Shown here in pieces: positions 1 through 13,500 of a stretch of DNA of 64,000 bases. Below the pieces are notes generated by a model. It ran no database searches. It saw only the letters and a program-made list of their open reading frames with translations, and was not told the origin of the DNA. Origin of the DNA: Rhynchopus sp. YZ270_cl-10 (lineage: Eukaryota); NCBI GenBank assembly GCA_964035575.1, contig OZ037843.1:186001-250000 (forward strand), in the 5' to 3' direction. The stretch's first letter is position 1; each line of letters begins with the position of its first letter. The translations under genes and the position numbers were made by a program.

Positions 1-690
1 TGCCACTCTTGTGTTTTGTACGCAAACCAAGTTTGCGTACAAAAAACAAGAAATTGCTATCGAATAAAAACTGCAGTTGTTGGTGCAGGCACCTCCGACT
101 GACACCTGTACGTTTTATTTCCCAACCCAACAACAACAATAAAGCGTGAAGACAATAAATAAAATCAAAGCGGAATAAATTTGAGGTTTTGTGAGGCACT
201 CAACGAGTGTGCCGGCTCTGTGGCGTCACGGAGACACCAACACTCCCCAGTCATTTTTCCTGCGCTTCCAGGAAAACTCGCGTTTGCGACCAGGCCGAAA
301 CGAAAAAATTTAATTCACAGCAAACAGGTGTGAGGGAGAAGAAAAGAAAGTGAACAAAAACAAAAAAACAATGTTTTTCTGAAATGTGATGTTGTTGGGG
401 TGGGGAGAATAAAACAGTTCCAAGAAAAGCTCCTGTGTCGGTTATCTTTTGGTTAGAAAAAAAAAAAAAACGGGAGTACCGAAAGTACAGAAGCAAAAAC
501 AAAGTACAAAAAAAAAGTTTGTAAATTGCGGAAGACGCAAAACAAACTCGCGAACTAAAAAAAGATTCTTTTCTGCGAAGTGGTGGTAATGGGGAGAATA
601 AAACATTACGAAAAAAACCTCCACTCTCATTTCGCAAGCTTCATTTCCGTTTTGGTTTTCTCCTCACATTTCAAAAAAATATGCTATCAT

Positions 691-801
691 GGTGCTTTCG
701 GAAGTCGGTCAACGACCTGTCAGCGACGTGTCAATATCAGGGGGGTGTGTATAGAGTCCCTGTGTCAGCGACCTGTCAATATCGACCCCTCCCGGAGCAC
801 C
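691..801. mobile_element. Small MITE-like repeat (~90-110 bp); copies at 20414..20524 and inverted at 38086..38174
   Basis: Ends GGTGCTTTCGGAAG / (rc) GGTGCTCCGGGAGG; internal cgacctgtc repeats; the 38086 copy is in an unrelated context and opposite orientation. Confidence 0.72.
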
Positions 802-1193
802 GGATCATTTTTTTTTTTTTCTTCCCCGTTTGGGGGAATGCACTGGACCAGAACAATGGGGGGGGAAGACATAAGAGGAGTGGCTGCGCGCAAAAAAGAA
901 GAAAAAAAAAAATAAAACAGGGAAGTGGAGAAGTGGATGATTGGGCTAAGGGGGAAGATGTGGGAGAGTAGAGGGGGAGGGAAACAATCGGAGGAATGGA
1001 TTCGTTCTCCTTTTGTTTGTGCGTAAAGTGTGCAATAAATATTCTGTGGTGATATTTTATTACTGCAGTACGCTCCCACTGACTACCTGGGCAGTGAAGA
1101 GGAACCCTCTTTGAGGCCAAAAAAAAATACAACCAAAAGACAAAATAGCTGAAAATAAAAGACCAATAATAGATAACTACGAAGCCCTCCTTA

Positions 1194-1360
1194 GGCATAC
1201 GTAGAAGGTGAATACATATCCGCCCTATATTCGGATTCGAATATAGGGCGAACACTGTGTTCCGTGTATTCCGTATTCGGGTGTATTCAGATCAATATTC
1301 GCCCTATATTCGGATTCGAAATAAATAGGGCGAATACGAAATTCGCCTTCTAGGCATGCT
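1194..1360. mobile_element. TA-flanked MITE (167 bp) with two internal hairpins; duplicate at 20917..21083
   Basis: Ends GGCATACGTAGAAGGTGAAT / (rc) AGCATGCCTAGAAGGCGAAT, TA on both sides; internal perfect 13-bp stem cgccctatattcg-gatt-cgaatatagggcg and a second imperfect copy. Confidence 0.75.
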
Positions 1361-1586
1361 TAGGGACGAAGACGGGACCCGATCTCACACGTTTGAAAAA
1401 ATCCGAGAAGAAAAAAAAAGAGAGAGAGAGAGAAGAAAGTGAAGTTATTAATGCAGAAGAAAACGTTAGATGAACAGACATCTTGCAAAATGCTTATAGA
1501 GATTTTTTTTAAATCACCGGTTTGCCTTTTTTTCTTCTCTCTCTCTCTCTCTTATTGTTCTGAAATAACCCCCAAAAAAAAATGTC

Positions 1587-4500
1587 TTAAATGTCGTCAT
1601 CTTTTCTGTTGGACATTTCTTCGTCCAACAGAGGCTCGCTCATTTGCTGTTCGGGGCTGTCCTTGACAAGCTCCGCGTCGTTCGTTTTCGCTTCGAAGTG
1701 CTCGTTCCACTTCTCGTCGTCGGCCTCGTTCTGGTTCTGGCGGCGCTTGCAGAGGAGGAAGGCGAGGAGGAGGCAACAGCAGCAGAGCAGCAGAAGGAGG
1801 GGAAGCAGCCAGCAGAGGATGCAGTCGTCGTCATCATCGCTGTCGCCGTCAATGGAGCCAGCGTTGCGTGTGATGTTCGTCGCGTTCTCACCCTCGGCGA
1901 AGCAAACTGCCGACTGCATTTGTCCGTTCTCACCGTGCATCGGCGCCACACACTGGCACACCCAGTCACCCTCCTTCGACTGGTCGGGGTCCACACACGT
2001 CTGTCCCTCTGCCACGCACACACCAGACACAGCCTCGTCGGCGCACTCTCCAGTGTATGTGCAGGTGCTCTTTGCTCCAGTCGCCTCACCCACTGCAGGT
2101 GGCGGGCAACGGCACACCCAGGTGCCAGTGGCGGTCTTGTCGCTGTCGATGCACTGTGGGGGTTTTGGATGTAGGGGGGGGAAAAGGTTGGCAGAGGGGC
2201 AGGTGGAAGTGAATAGTGGGGTGGGTGAAACACAATACCTGCTGGCCCGCGTCAGTGCAGACAGTGGCCACGAGTGTGTCAACACATTCATCCAGAAGGC
2301 AGGCGGCGGCAGAGGTCTGTGCCTTGCCCTCAGACGGCGCGGCACACACACAGGTCCAGTCGTTCATGCTTGCTTCGGTCGTGACAGGGTCAACACAGGT
2401 CTGACTTGCGCTGGTGCAGACCATCTGGTTGGCAGGCATGGAGCACTCATCGACAACTGTAGGTGGTGAGGTAGGCGGGAGGGGAGGGAGGGGAGGGACA
2501 TACTGCATGTGGCACGCGATGCGACAGCCACGTCGCCAGTGGCAGGGGCGATGCACTCGCAACGCCAGTCGCCAGTCGAGTCCGACGTGGTGACAGGGTC
2601 GATGCAGCGCTGTGCACCGTTGCCCTCACAGGCGAATCCATTTCCGTCGCCCTTGTCTGCGCACAGCGGGCACACCACGGAGCACTCGTCCAGCACACAC
2701 ACGGCAGGGCCCTGTGCACCCTCAGTCTTCGTCGTCGCGGGCTCAGAGCAGCGGCACTCCCAGTCGTCTGTCGAGCCTGCCTCTGGGTTCGGGTCGAAGC
2801 AGTGCTGTCCCGCAAGACATTTGTCCTTGTGGTCCACACACTCGCCGACAGGGTCTGTGGGGGTGGGTGTGGGTGTGAAAGTAGCAATATGGTGAAGATG
2901 TTTGTTTCTTTAGAAAGGCTGCAAAGGGACAGCAAGAGGACGTAGGTGAACCAGCCATGCCAGCCAAAGGAAGAGGGAGGGAGGAGGGGAGAGGGAGGAG
3001 GGGGAACATACTGCACACGGCAACGGCACCCCTTGCGGTCTCGTTGGTTCCCGGGCACACACACTCCCAGTCGTTGAGGCTGTCCGGTGCGGTGTTAGTG
3101 TCTCTGCATGTCTGCCCTGCGTCCATGCACGTTGTGACGTTGACGCACTCGTTGTGCTCGCACAGCGGCACCGGTGCAAGGGCCTGCTTGCCCTCGGAGG
3201 AGGGGCAGCGGCATTCCCAGTTGCCGAGGAGGCTGGGTGTGGTGTCGAGGTCGACGCAGATCTGGTTCTTCTCAGCACAGACGTTGTTGTACGCGACGGC
3301 AGGCGCGCCGACAGGGGCAGGGGTCAGGACAGAGGTGCACGTCTGACGCTCACGGATCTGTGCGCGGCATGTGTCGATACCCTTGTTCCAGTCACTGTCA
3401 GCAACGAAGCACCAGTCGCCAGTCACAGCACGCTCAGGGTTGCAGCAAGCAGTGTTGCAAGGCTCAGAGAAGCCAGGGCCCGTGCCCAGAAGGCCTCCAC
3501 CGACAAGGCTCGCCTGCCAGCCGCAGGCACACTCGCAGCCCTCAGTGGTGTAGCGGCGGAAGTGGCCGCACTGGCGTGCACCGGTGTTGGTCACAGCCTC
3601 GCACTCATCGATAGTGCAGGATGCAACCGGCATCGCCACGGCAGTGGCAGTGGCAGGTGCCTGGCAGACGCACATCCAGTCAGAGAGGCTTGAGGCAGAG
3701 AAGTTGGGGTCAACGCAGTCCTGGCCTTCTCCTGCACAGACGTTGACGGACTCCTGGCTCGTACGTGCGCAGGTTGGGCAGATGTCGGTGCACTCGTTGA
3801 CAGTGCAGACTGTAGCGGCCTTGCTCCCGGTCTCTCCGTGGAAGGGTGCAATGCATGCACAGCGCCAGTCAGAGGACTCGCCGGTCTCACCAGGGACACA
3901 CTTCTGACCAGCGGAGGCACAGACCTGCTGGTTCGCGCTGTCGGCGCACCCGCCTGTGTATGTGCACGTCGCAACACCGCCAATCATGCTGCCCACAGCG
4001 CCCTCGGGGCAGAGGCACGACCAGTCGCCGAGGCTCGTGGGGGACGTGCTCTGGTCAATGCAGATCTGGCCGACAGCTGCGCAGACAGTCGACTTCGTGT
4101 CGCACTCATCCAGCAGGCAGGACGCAGTTCCTCCCGTGGACGCACCAGAGGCAGGCGCAAGGCAGACACACATCCAGTCCCCCATGGACGACGAGTCCTG
4201 GTTCGGGTCCTCGCACATCTGTCCCACAGCCTCGCACGCCACAGCGTGCACAACACACTCGTCCACGTCGCACACAGCGGCAGCGCCCACAGCAGATCCC
4301 GTACCCTGCTGGCAGACGCACGACCAGTCACCCACGCTCTCGGGGCTGGTGTCCTTGTCCACGCAGCTTTGGTCTCCACAGGTGTGGGTCATGCCCTGCT
4401 GCGCGCAGGTGTCGCAGCGTGCCACACACTCGTCAAGCACGCACACGGCAGGCCCGTTCAGTGCCTCACCCACAAGCGGCGTGTTGCACTCGCAGTACCA

Positions 4501-7500
4501 AGCATTGTCCTTCTCCTTGCACAGCTGCTGCGGTCCGCATGCGGCACCGTTGGTCACACACAGCGTCGAGACAGTGCACATGTCAGCGGGCTTCGCAATC
4601 GCACTGCCCTCGCTCGGGTCCTCGCACTGGCACACCCAGTTGCCGAGGGAGTCGACGTCCTGCTTCGAGTCCACACAACGCTGGCCTGCCGCAGAGCAGA
4701 TCGTGTTGCCGTTGTCCTGGCCGTTGTTCCACTCCTTCGGCACAATGCACTCATCGATGAGACACTTCGCCGCCTCGCCCACACCAGACTTCCCGGTGTA
4801 CGGCCACGCGCACTGGCATTCCCACGAGCCCAGCAGTGAGAGGTCGTCATCGACACACATCTGCGAGTTCTTGCCCGCAGTGATCACACCAGAGCACACG
4901 TTCGCGTTCTCGAGGATCGTGCACTCGTCGATCGGGCACACTGCCGCAGCCGCACGCTGGGTACCAAGGCCGGGCGCCTTGCACTTGCACCACCAGTCTC
5001 CGGTGCTGATGGGGTCCTTGTTCGCGTCCTCGCAGTCCTGGCCCGCGGAGAGGCAAGCGTGCTTGCTGGATCCGGGGAGCATCGCGCACGTTGCGCATGG
5101 CACCGTGCACTCGTCGAGCTCGCAGGTGGCGGGGGCAGTCTTCTTGGGAGTGCCGGTCTGGGGGCTGACGCACACGCAGGTCCAGTCTCCGGGTGTCTCG
5201 ACGTTGGGGTCGACGCAGGTCTGTCCCATGTTGGTGCAGATGTCGGAGTTGCTCTTGTCATCGCACTCACCAACGAACGCGCACACGGCAACTCCAGCCA
5301 CGGCGGTACCTGTGGAAGGTGCGGGGCAGCTGCACGACCAGTCGCCGGTGGACTCAGCAGCCAAGTTGTCATCGAAACAGGTCTGTCCCGCGGACTGGCA
5401 CTGCTTGCCGTGCACGACACACTCGTCGTAGGTGCAGACGGCAACTCCATTCACGACCTTGCCCACGTAAGGTGTGTGGCACTCGCAGTACCAGTCACCC
5501 TCGGTGGTGGTGTCAGGGTCGACGCACGCCTGCTCAGCCTTCTCGCACACGGAGCCGGCGGCGGTGTCACACTCGTTCGTAGTGCACACGGCCACAGCAC
5601 CCTTGGCGCTCACAGTGCTGCCGACACACTGGCACTCCCAGTCCTTGGTCGACGTCGGGGACGTGCTGCCCTCAACACAGACCTGCGCAGGGCCGCTTGC
5701 CGCCTCGCACACTGTCTTGCTTCCTCCAGCGGTTCTGGCGCACGTCACACACGTCGCAAGGCACTCGTCAAGGATGCAGTTCAACGAGTCGGCGGGGAAG
5801 TCGGAGGTGAAGGGCATCTCGGGTCCGGTCTGGGGCATCACACACTCGCAACGTCCCTGGGTGCCCTTGGGCACGCACATCTGTCCACGGGCAGTGCAGG
5901 TGCTTCCGTAGGTCTGGCACCAGGAGCCGCCAGGGCATGTTGCAGGTGCACCAGTGGTGCCGCGCTCGGTGGGGGTCTCGGGGCAGACGCACATCCAGTC
6001 GTTCTTGGAGGTGATGTCGGTGTTGGGGTCGACGCAGAGCTGGCCTGCGGCAGTGCAGATGGAGGCCTTGGTCGTCTCCAGGCATTCGTCCCAGAGGCAG
6101 TTCGCCACACGGCCGGTCGCCGTCCCGACTGAGGGAGACGGGCACTCGCAGCGCCAGTCGCCTGTCACAGAGGTGTTCGCGTCGACGCAGGACTGGCCAG
6201 CAACGCCGCAGACGCCTTCGTTGAGACCACCGTTCGCCTCGCATTCGTCAACCATGCACTGCACAACAGCGGCGGCGGTGGCAGACCCAGTGAGGCCTGT
6301 CGGGCAGACACAGCGCCAGTCCTTCACGTCCGACGGGGAGAGCGACGTCTCCTCACAGCGCTGCTTGTTCTGCTCGCAGACGTTTCCGGCGCCCTTGTCG
6401 GCGCAGGTCGCGCACTGTGAGGTGCACTCGTCCAGCTGGCACAGCGCAGGTCCTCCCGTTGTGCTGACGCCCGAGGACGGCTCGACACACTGGCACACCC
6501 AGTCACCCACAACCATGACATCCGGGTCGTAGCAGGTCTGGCCAACCTGGGTGCACACCTTTGCGTTCTCTGCGCATTCGCCAGTCCAGTCGCAGGTGGC
6601 GGTCGACATGGCAGCCTCACCAGACGCGCCCTTCGGGCAGATGCACTTCCAGTCGCCGACAGACCCGCTCTCGGTGTTGGTGTCGAAGCAGGTCTGGCCC
6701 ACAGAGGCGCAGACGTTCACGTCCGTGCACTCGTCGGTGATGCAGACAGCAGGCTTGCCAGCAGCGGACTCGCCGAAGGAAGGGGCGTTGCACTCGCAGC
6801 GCCAGTCGCCCTGGCTCTTGGCAGCCTTGCTCGAGTCGACGCAGGTCTGTCCAGCACCGCACACAGCAGCAGCGGCAGCGGCAGCAGCACCAGCAGGCGG
6901 CGCAACACACATCTGGATGCGCTCCTGGAGCGTGCCGTCCACGGGGCAGCCCTTCTTGCGGTTGTCCTCGCTGTCCTCAATGATGCAGTAGGCTCCTGCC
7001 TGCGTTGTGGGGTTGCAGCATCCTGCCGTGCACGGCGAGTCCACACCTGGTCCCGACCCGACGACGAGGGCGAGCAGGGGCTCCTGCCAGTTGCATTTGC
7101 AGGCACAGCCGTTAACAGTCTCACGGGGCACCTGCTCGCAGCCTACGGCACCGAAGTTGGTGACCTCGGCACACTCATCCATCTCGCAGACGGCCACAGC
7201 ACGTGTCGCCATGGCACCACCGCCAGGGCAGGAGCACATCCAGTCGCCTGTAGAGGTGGCGGTCGTGACCGGGTCAGTGCAGCCCTGTCCTGCCTGCGTG
7301 CAGAGGTTTCCGGCACCCTTGTTCGCGCACGTGTCGCACACCTGTGTGCACTCGTCAAGAACGCAGTCCGCAGCCTTGCGCACAGAGAAGATGTCGCCCG
7401 CAGCGCAGTGGCACTCCCAGTCGCCCGTCGAGGTCGGCGTCGGCTTGGGGTCGATGCAGACCTGTCCCGCGGTGTTGCAGATGTTGAAGTTCTCCTGGAT

Positions 7501-10500
7501 GTTGCACTCGTTCAGAATACACTGCGCAGGCACGCCCTTGCCAGTACCAGTCTGTCCAACCGGGCAGGTGCACAGGAAGTCTCCCGTCGAGGTTGGGTCC
7601 ATGTCAGGGTCGCTGCAGGTCTGTCCCTCCCCGCAGACAGGGTCCTGCGTGTCCAGACGCACACACTCGTCCACACGGCAGACAGGGATCGCGAGGGTGC
7701 GGTTCCCAGTGGCAGGCGGCTTGCAGATGCACATCCAGTCGCTGCGCGAGCGGACGTCCTGGTTCGGGTCGTGGCACAGCGTGTTGGTGGCGGTGCAGGC
7801 GTTGCCCTGGCCGTTGCCGCTGTCCGCACAGGAGATGCAGACCTCGGCACACTCGTCGAGCATGCACGACGCGATGGCGGCAGTCTCCTGGCCGGCCTGG
7901 CCAGAGGGGCAGCGGCAGATCCAGTCGTGGAGCGAAGAGGCGTCGGTGTTGGGGTCAACGCAGAGCTGTCCGGCAGCTGCGCACATGCCACCCTCGCAGG
8001 TGGAGCAGGTGGCGGAGCACTCGTCCAGAGTGCAGGTAGTGATGCCCATGACGGTCACGGTGCCGGTTGCAGGTGGGAGGCACTCGCACTGCCAGTTGCC
8101 CTGCTCAGAGGTGTCCGGGTCGACGCAGACCTGGCCCGCAGCAGTGCACAGGGCGTTCACGACAGCGTCCGCGCACTCGCTTGTGGGGGGCGGGGTGCAC
8201 ACAGCAGTGCTCGCAACAGCAGAGGCGGTGACGCCTGCGTTGGGCGCGCAGTGGCACTCCCAGTCGCCAGTGCTCGTCTCGGTCGTGGCGGGGTCCTCGC
8301 AGACCTGTCCTGCGTTGTGGCAAGTCTGCTCGTTCGTCACACACTCGTCCAGGACGCATGTCGTCGCACCGGCAACAGTGCTTCCCACAGCAGGCGGCGT
8401 GCACACGCACTCCCAGTCCCCCTCGGTCGTGAAGCCCTTGTCAACGCAGGTCTGGCCGGTGGGGCATTTATCGCTGTTGGTCGCATCCAAGCACTCATCG
8501 GTCTCGCACACAGCAGGGTTGCCGATGGCCACCTGGGTCGATCCCGGGCACTGGCAGGCCCAGTCGCCAAGGCTTGTGTAATCGGTGTTGCTGTCGATGC
8601 AGGTCTGTCCCGCCTTCACACAGACGTTGTCCTCGTTCTCGACCGTGACAGCCGTGCCTGGGAGGAACACCTTGCACTCATCAATGGAGCAGTCTGCAGC
8701 GCCCGTGGTACGGGTTACCTTCTGGTTCGGAGGAGGGCAGGTGCACTTCCAGTGTCCGTCAATCGTCTTCTCGATGTCCTCACAGGTCTGGCCAGCACCG
8801 ACGCAAGTGTCCCCGTAGAGCGTGCACTCGTCGACCTCGCACACAGCAGGCTTGGCAGTCGCAGAGCCCGTGGCAGGTGCTGTGCAGAAGCACTGCCAGT
8901 CCGAAAGCGAGGAGCCGTCCTGGTTAGGGTCAAGGCAGGTCTGGCCGACCAGCTCGCACTCAGATTTGTGGATGACACACTCGTCGACCTTGCACCTCGC
9001 TGCGTTCGCAGTGGCAGAGCCGACGGCAGGTGTCTGGCACACACAGCGCCAGTCGCCCTCAATCGCGGTGTTGTCGTCTACACAGTCCTGTCCGGCGCCA
9101 GAGCACGTAGACCTGTGTGTCTTGCACTCATCCGTCACACACGTGGCTGCAGCAGCACGCTGGACACCAGAGGCAGGCTCGATGCAGCGGCACTCCCATG
9201 AGCTGAGACCTGTGATGGGGTTCTTGTCGGCGTCCACGCACGTCTGCTTCGCGTCCGAGCACGTCGTGCCTGCGCACGTCGCGCACTGTGCAGTGCACTC
9301 GTCCAGCACGCAGACAGCGGCACCGCCGACCACGGGTGCACCAGTGGCAGGCACAACGCAGAGGCAGCTCCAGTCGCCCGCGGTCGCGGTGTCGGGGTCG
9401 TTGCAGATCTGCCCCTTGGAGGTGCACACGTCGCTGTTCGTCAGGTCATCGCATTCGCCAACCATCACACACTCCGCTGGCGCCTGGTTCCCTACGGCGT
9501 TCTGGTGCAGCGGTGGGGAGCACTGGCAGACCCAGTTGTTGAGGCTGGTCTCCCTCTTGTCCTCGTCAAGGCAGACCTGTCCGATGTTCGAGCACACGTG
9601 CCCGTGGGTCTTGCACTCATCGACAATGCAGACAGCTGGGCCCTTTGTTTCCTTCCCGCTCGCAGGGTCCTGGCAGTGGCACTCCCAGTCGCTGAGGCTG
9701 TCCGGGCTGGTGTTGGGGTCGATGCACGTCTGGCTGCTGGCGGCACAGACGAATCTCGCACGGTCGCACTCGTCAACAGCGCAGACGGCCGCCTTCCCGA
9801 CGGAGACCTGCGTGGAGGGTGCGGGGCAGCGGCACTCCCAGTCCCAGAGGGAGGATGCCTTCGGGTTCGGGTCGTAGCAGGTCTGGCCGGCAGCCTTGCA
9901 TGCGTTGTTCGAGCAGGAGACGCAGGTCGACACACACTCGTCCATGAGACAGACAGCCGCAGTCTTCACACCCGTGCCGGTCGACGGTGGGGCGCACACA
10001 CACTGCCAGGTGTCGGTCGTGGTCAGGTCGGAGTCAAGGCACGTCTGTGCGGGGACGGCCTGCTCGCACACGGCTCTGTTGTCGACACACTCGTCCACCT
10101 CGCAGACTGCCGCACCCAGCTTCTTGACGTTGGAGGATGGGGGCGGGCAGACGCACTGCCACGTGTTGAGTGTGCTCACATCGGAGTCCACGCAGGTCTG
10201 CATCGCAAGCTTGCACTCGTCTCCGTGGATGAGGCACTCGTTGGTCGTGCACGTCGCCACACCACCTGTCTTCGAGCCCTGGTCCGGCGCCACACAGAGA
10301 CAGTCAAAGTCGCCAGTGGTCGAGAGGTGCGAGTCGTGGCACACCTGCCCCGCGTCCGTGCAGATCTTGCCGTTCGGGGAGGTCGCGCCTGTGAGCACGT
10401 CGACGCACTCGTCTGCGCTGCACACAGCCGCGTTGCCCTGCTGCATGATGTGCTGGAACGGGGCCGGGCACCTGCACGACCAGTCGTTCGTCTGCCACGG

Positions 10501-13500
10501 GTCGGTGTTGGTGTCGACGCACTCCTGGCCGAGCGCAGTGCAGATGTTGCCAGCGCCCTTGTCCGCGCAGGTGTCACACTTCGTCACACACTCGTCCACA
10601 ATGCACTTCATGACGTAGGCACCCACCTGTGTCGATCCTCCGATCTTGCACTTGCAGTACCAGTCGTTCGTCACAGACTGGCTAGGGTCCACGCAGTCCT
10701 GGTCCGCTCCGGTGCAGACGTTGCCGCTGCCTGTGTCCGCACAGGTAGCACACACTGCGGCGCACTCGTTGAGCGTGCACACTGCTGCGGGGCCCTGGAC
10801 AGCGCTGCCCGAGGAAGGGGGCGGGCACTGGCAGGTCCAGTCGTTCTTGCTAGCGAGGGTTGGTGTCGGGTCGACGCAGGTCTGAGTTGCGTCGGTGCAC
10901 TTCTTTGTGTTGGCTGCGTCAGAGCACTCGTCGTACACACACTCCGCCACGACGGCAGTGGTGCGTGTCGTGGTCGAGGGCGCGGCACACACACACATCC
11001 AGTTGGAGAGGCTCGTGGCGCTTGTGTCCGGGTCCGTGCAGGTCTGGCCTGCGGCGGTGCAGACGTCTGCCTCACATGACGGGCAGGTGGCGACACACTC
11101 GTCGATCAGACACACTGCCGCAGCACCCTTCACTGGTGTGCCCGTAGAAGGTGCCTTGCAGGCGCATTCCCAGTTCCCGTTGGTGGTCGTGTCCGTGTCG
11201 ACGCAGTCCTGGTCGTGGAGTTTGCAGAGGTCGGCCTCGCAGGAGGGGCACGTCGCCAGACACTCGTCCATGATGCACGTTGCGGGTGCGCCAACAACGG
11301 GCACGCCTGCGTAGGGTGCGATGCAGGCGCATTCGTACTCGGTGGCAGACTTCTGCACGCAGTGCTGCTTCGCCTGTGCGCACTTCACATCGCCGCCCTG
11401 GTCAACACACACGTCCGGTGGCGTGCACGTGGCCGCCGCCTGCATACCAGCAACACCAGTGTCGGGAGCAATGCACTCGCAGATCCAGTTGTTCGGGGTG
11501 GTCGTGTCCGTGTCCTTGCACGTCTGCCCCGCCACGTCGCAGATTGTGTTCTCCTTGCACTCATCGTCGGTGCAGGTGGCAGGTCCGCCTGCCTGCGAGC
11601 CGACCGTGGGCGGCTGGCACTCGCAGAACCAGTTGCCGCTGGTGAGCTGGTCGGGGTCGACGCACACCTGGCCCGCAGCACACTTAGAGCCGTGCTCGAC
11701 ACACTCGTCCTTCGCGCACACAGCCGCGTTCGCCTGTGCCGTGGTGGTCGAAGGCGGGGGGCACTTGCACATCCAGTCGCCGAGCTTCGAGATCCCGGTG
11801 TCAGGGTCCTCACAGGTCTGTCCGTTCTTGGCACAGAGGCCCTGTGCGCAAGTCGGGCACGTTGCAACGCACTCATCGATGGTGCAGACGGCAGCACCAC
11901 CACGTCCCCCAGTCGTCGTGGCCGGGGCTGTGCAGACGCACATCCAGTCGTCAAGGCTGGAGGTGTCCGGGGTAGGGTCTGTGCAGGTCTGTCCGGCAGA
12001 GGTGCAGACATCGACTCCGTTGACCTGTGCGCAGGTGGGGCAGGTCTCCTCGCACTCGTTGAGCGGGCACACGGCAGGGCCGCCTGTGGTAGGGGTGCCG
12101 CCAGTGACACACTCGCACACCCAGTTGTTGTCGGTCGTCTTGTCCGCATCCTTGCAGATCTGGTTCGCTGCGGTGCAGACTGCTCCGTGCTCAGTGCACT
12201 CATCCTTCTCGCAGGTCGTCACCGGTGCCTGCTGCGCAGTGCCAGTCATCGGCGCGACACACTTGCACACCCAGTTGTTCGTGACAAGGTTGTCCGGGTC
12301 TTCGCAGATCTGGCCCTTGTCAGTGCACACGTTGTTCACATCGCTCGGCACGCCTGGAATGGGGTCGCGAATAATCTTTGCACCGCCGTCGGCAGGGATC
12401 GTGCCCGCAGCAGAGCAGAAGTTGCGCCTCGCTGTGCAGCCCTTCTTCGTGTTGTAGTCGTTCACTGCCAAGTAGCACCAGTCGCCTGAGGGGTGAGACT
12501 CAGGGTTGCAGCACCCAGCCTTGCATTCCTCGGTGGATCCAGGGCCCGGGGGCATGACAATGACGTTCCCGTTGCCGTCCTTGAAGGTGGCCGTCCAGTC
12601 GCATGCACACTGGCAACCGTCTGATGTGTAACGTGGCACGTGGGTGCAGGTGACAGCGTCGGAGAGCTCCTCACACTCGTTCTTGCCGTCGATGCACTGC
12701 GCCACAGCAGCAGAGGTGGCGAACTTGGCGCTAGTCTTGCATGTGCACGTCCAGGTGCCCAGGTCCGTCGCAGTGGTGACAGGGTCGTGGCACACCTGGT
12801 CAGCGGCCTCGCAGACGTTCGCAGAGGCCATGTCGGTCTTGGCACAGCTCGGGCACACGGCAACGCACTCATCGAGGTTGCACGGGACAACGGCGCCGAG
12901 CTTCTGGGATCCGGTCTGTGGCGCGACGCACTGGCACTCCCAGTCGTCGAGGGTCGTCGTGCTGGGGTCGACGCAGACCTGCGACACATCCTCGCACTTC
13001 TGCTTGTTCACCGCCAGGGTGCACTCATTGACCTCGCAGGTGGCAACGCCGCCAACCTTGACAGTGGTGGACGGTGATGCGCATTCGCACTGCCAGTTGT
13101 TCGGTGTCGTCTGGTCCGTGTCCACACACACCTGCGACGCAGCGTCGCACACAGCGCCGTTCGCGATACACTCGTTCTCCGTGCACGTCGCCACACCGGT
13201 GAGCATGCGCCCCACCTTCGGGTCCACACAGACGCACTCCCAGTCACCGCTGACAGAGGTGCTGGGCTCGACACAGGTCTGTCCCGCACCGTCGCACACG
13301 TTGCCCTTCATGTCGTCCTTGTCGGCGCAGGTGGGGCACTTCACCTGGCACTCGTCCAGGGTGCAGTCCGCAGCGGCAATGGTGTTCTGGCCGGAGAACG
13401 GCAGGCGGCACTTGCAGACCCAGTTGCCGAGGCTGAGGGCGTCGGTGTTCGGGTCCTCACAGTCCTGGTTGGCGGCAGTGCAGACGTTGTCCGACATGGC

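Noticed and set aside
2743..3011. ORF-track C-terminus SMFPLLPLPSS...GVPLL as the normal protein end
   Set aside because: Read-through of intron 1; splicing restores the Cys modules and the TM domain.
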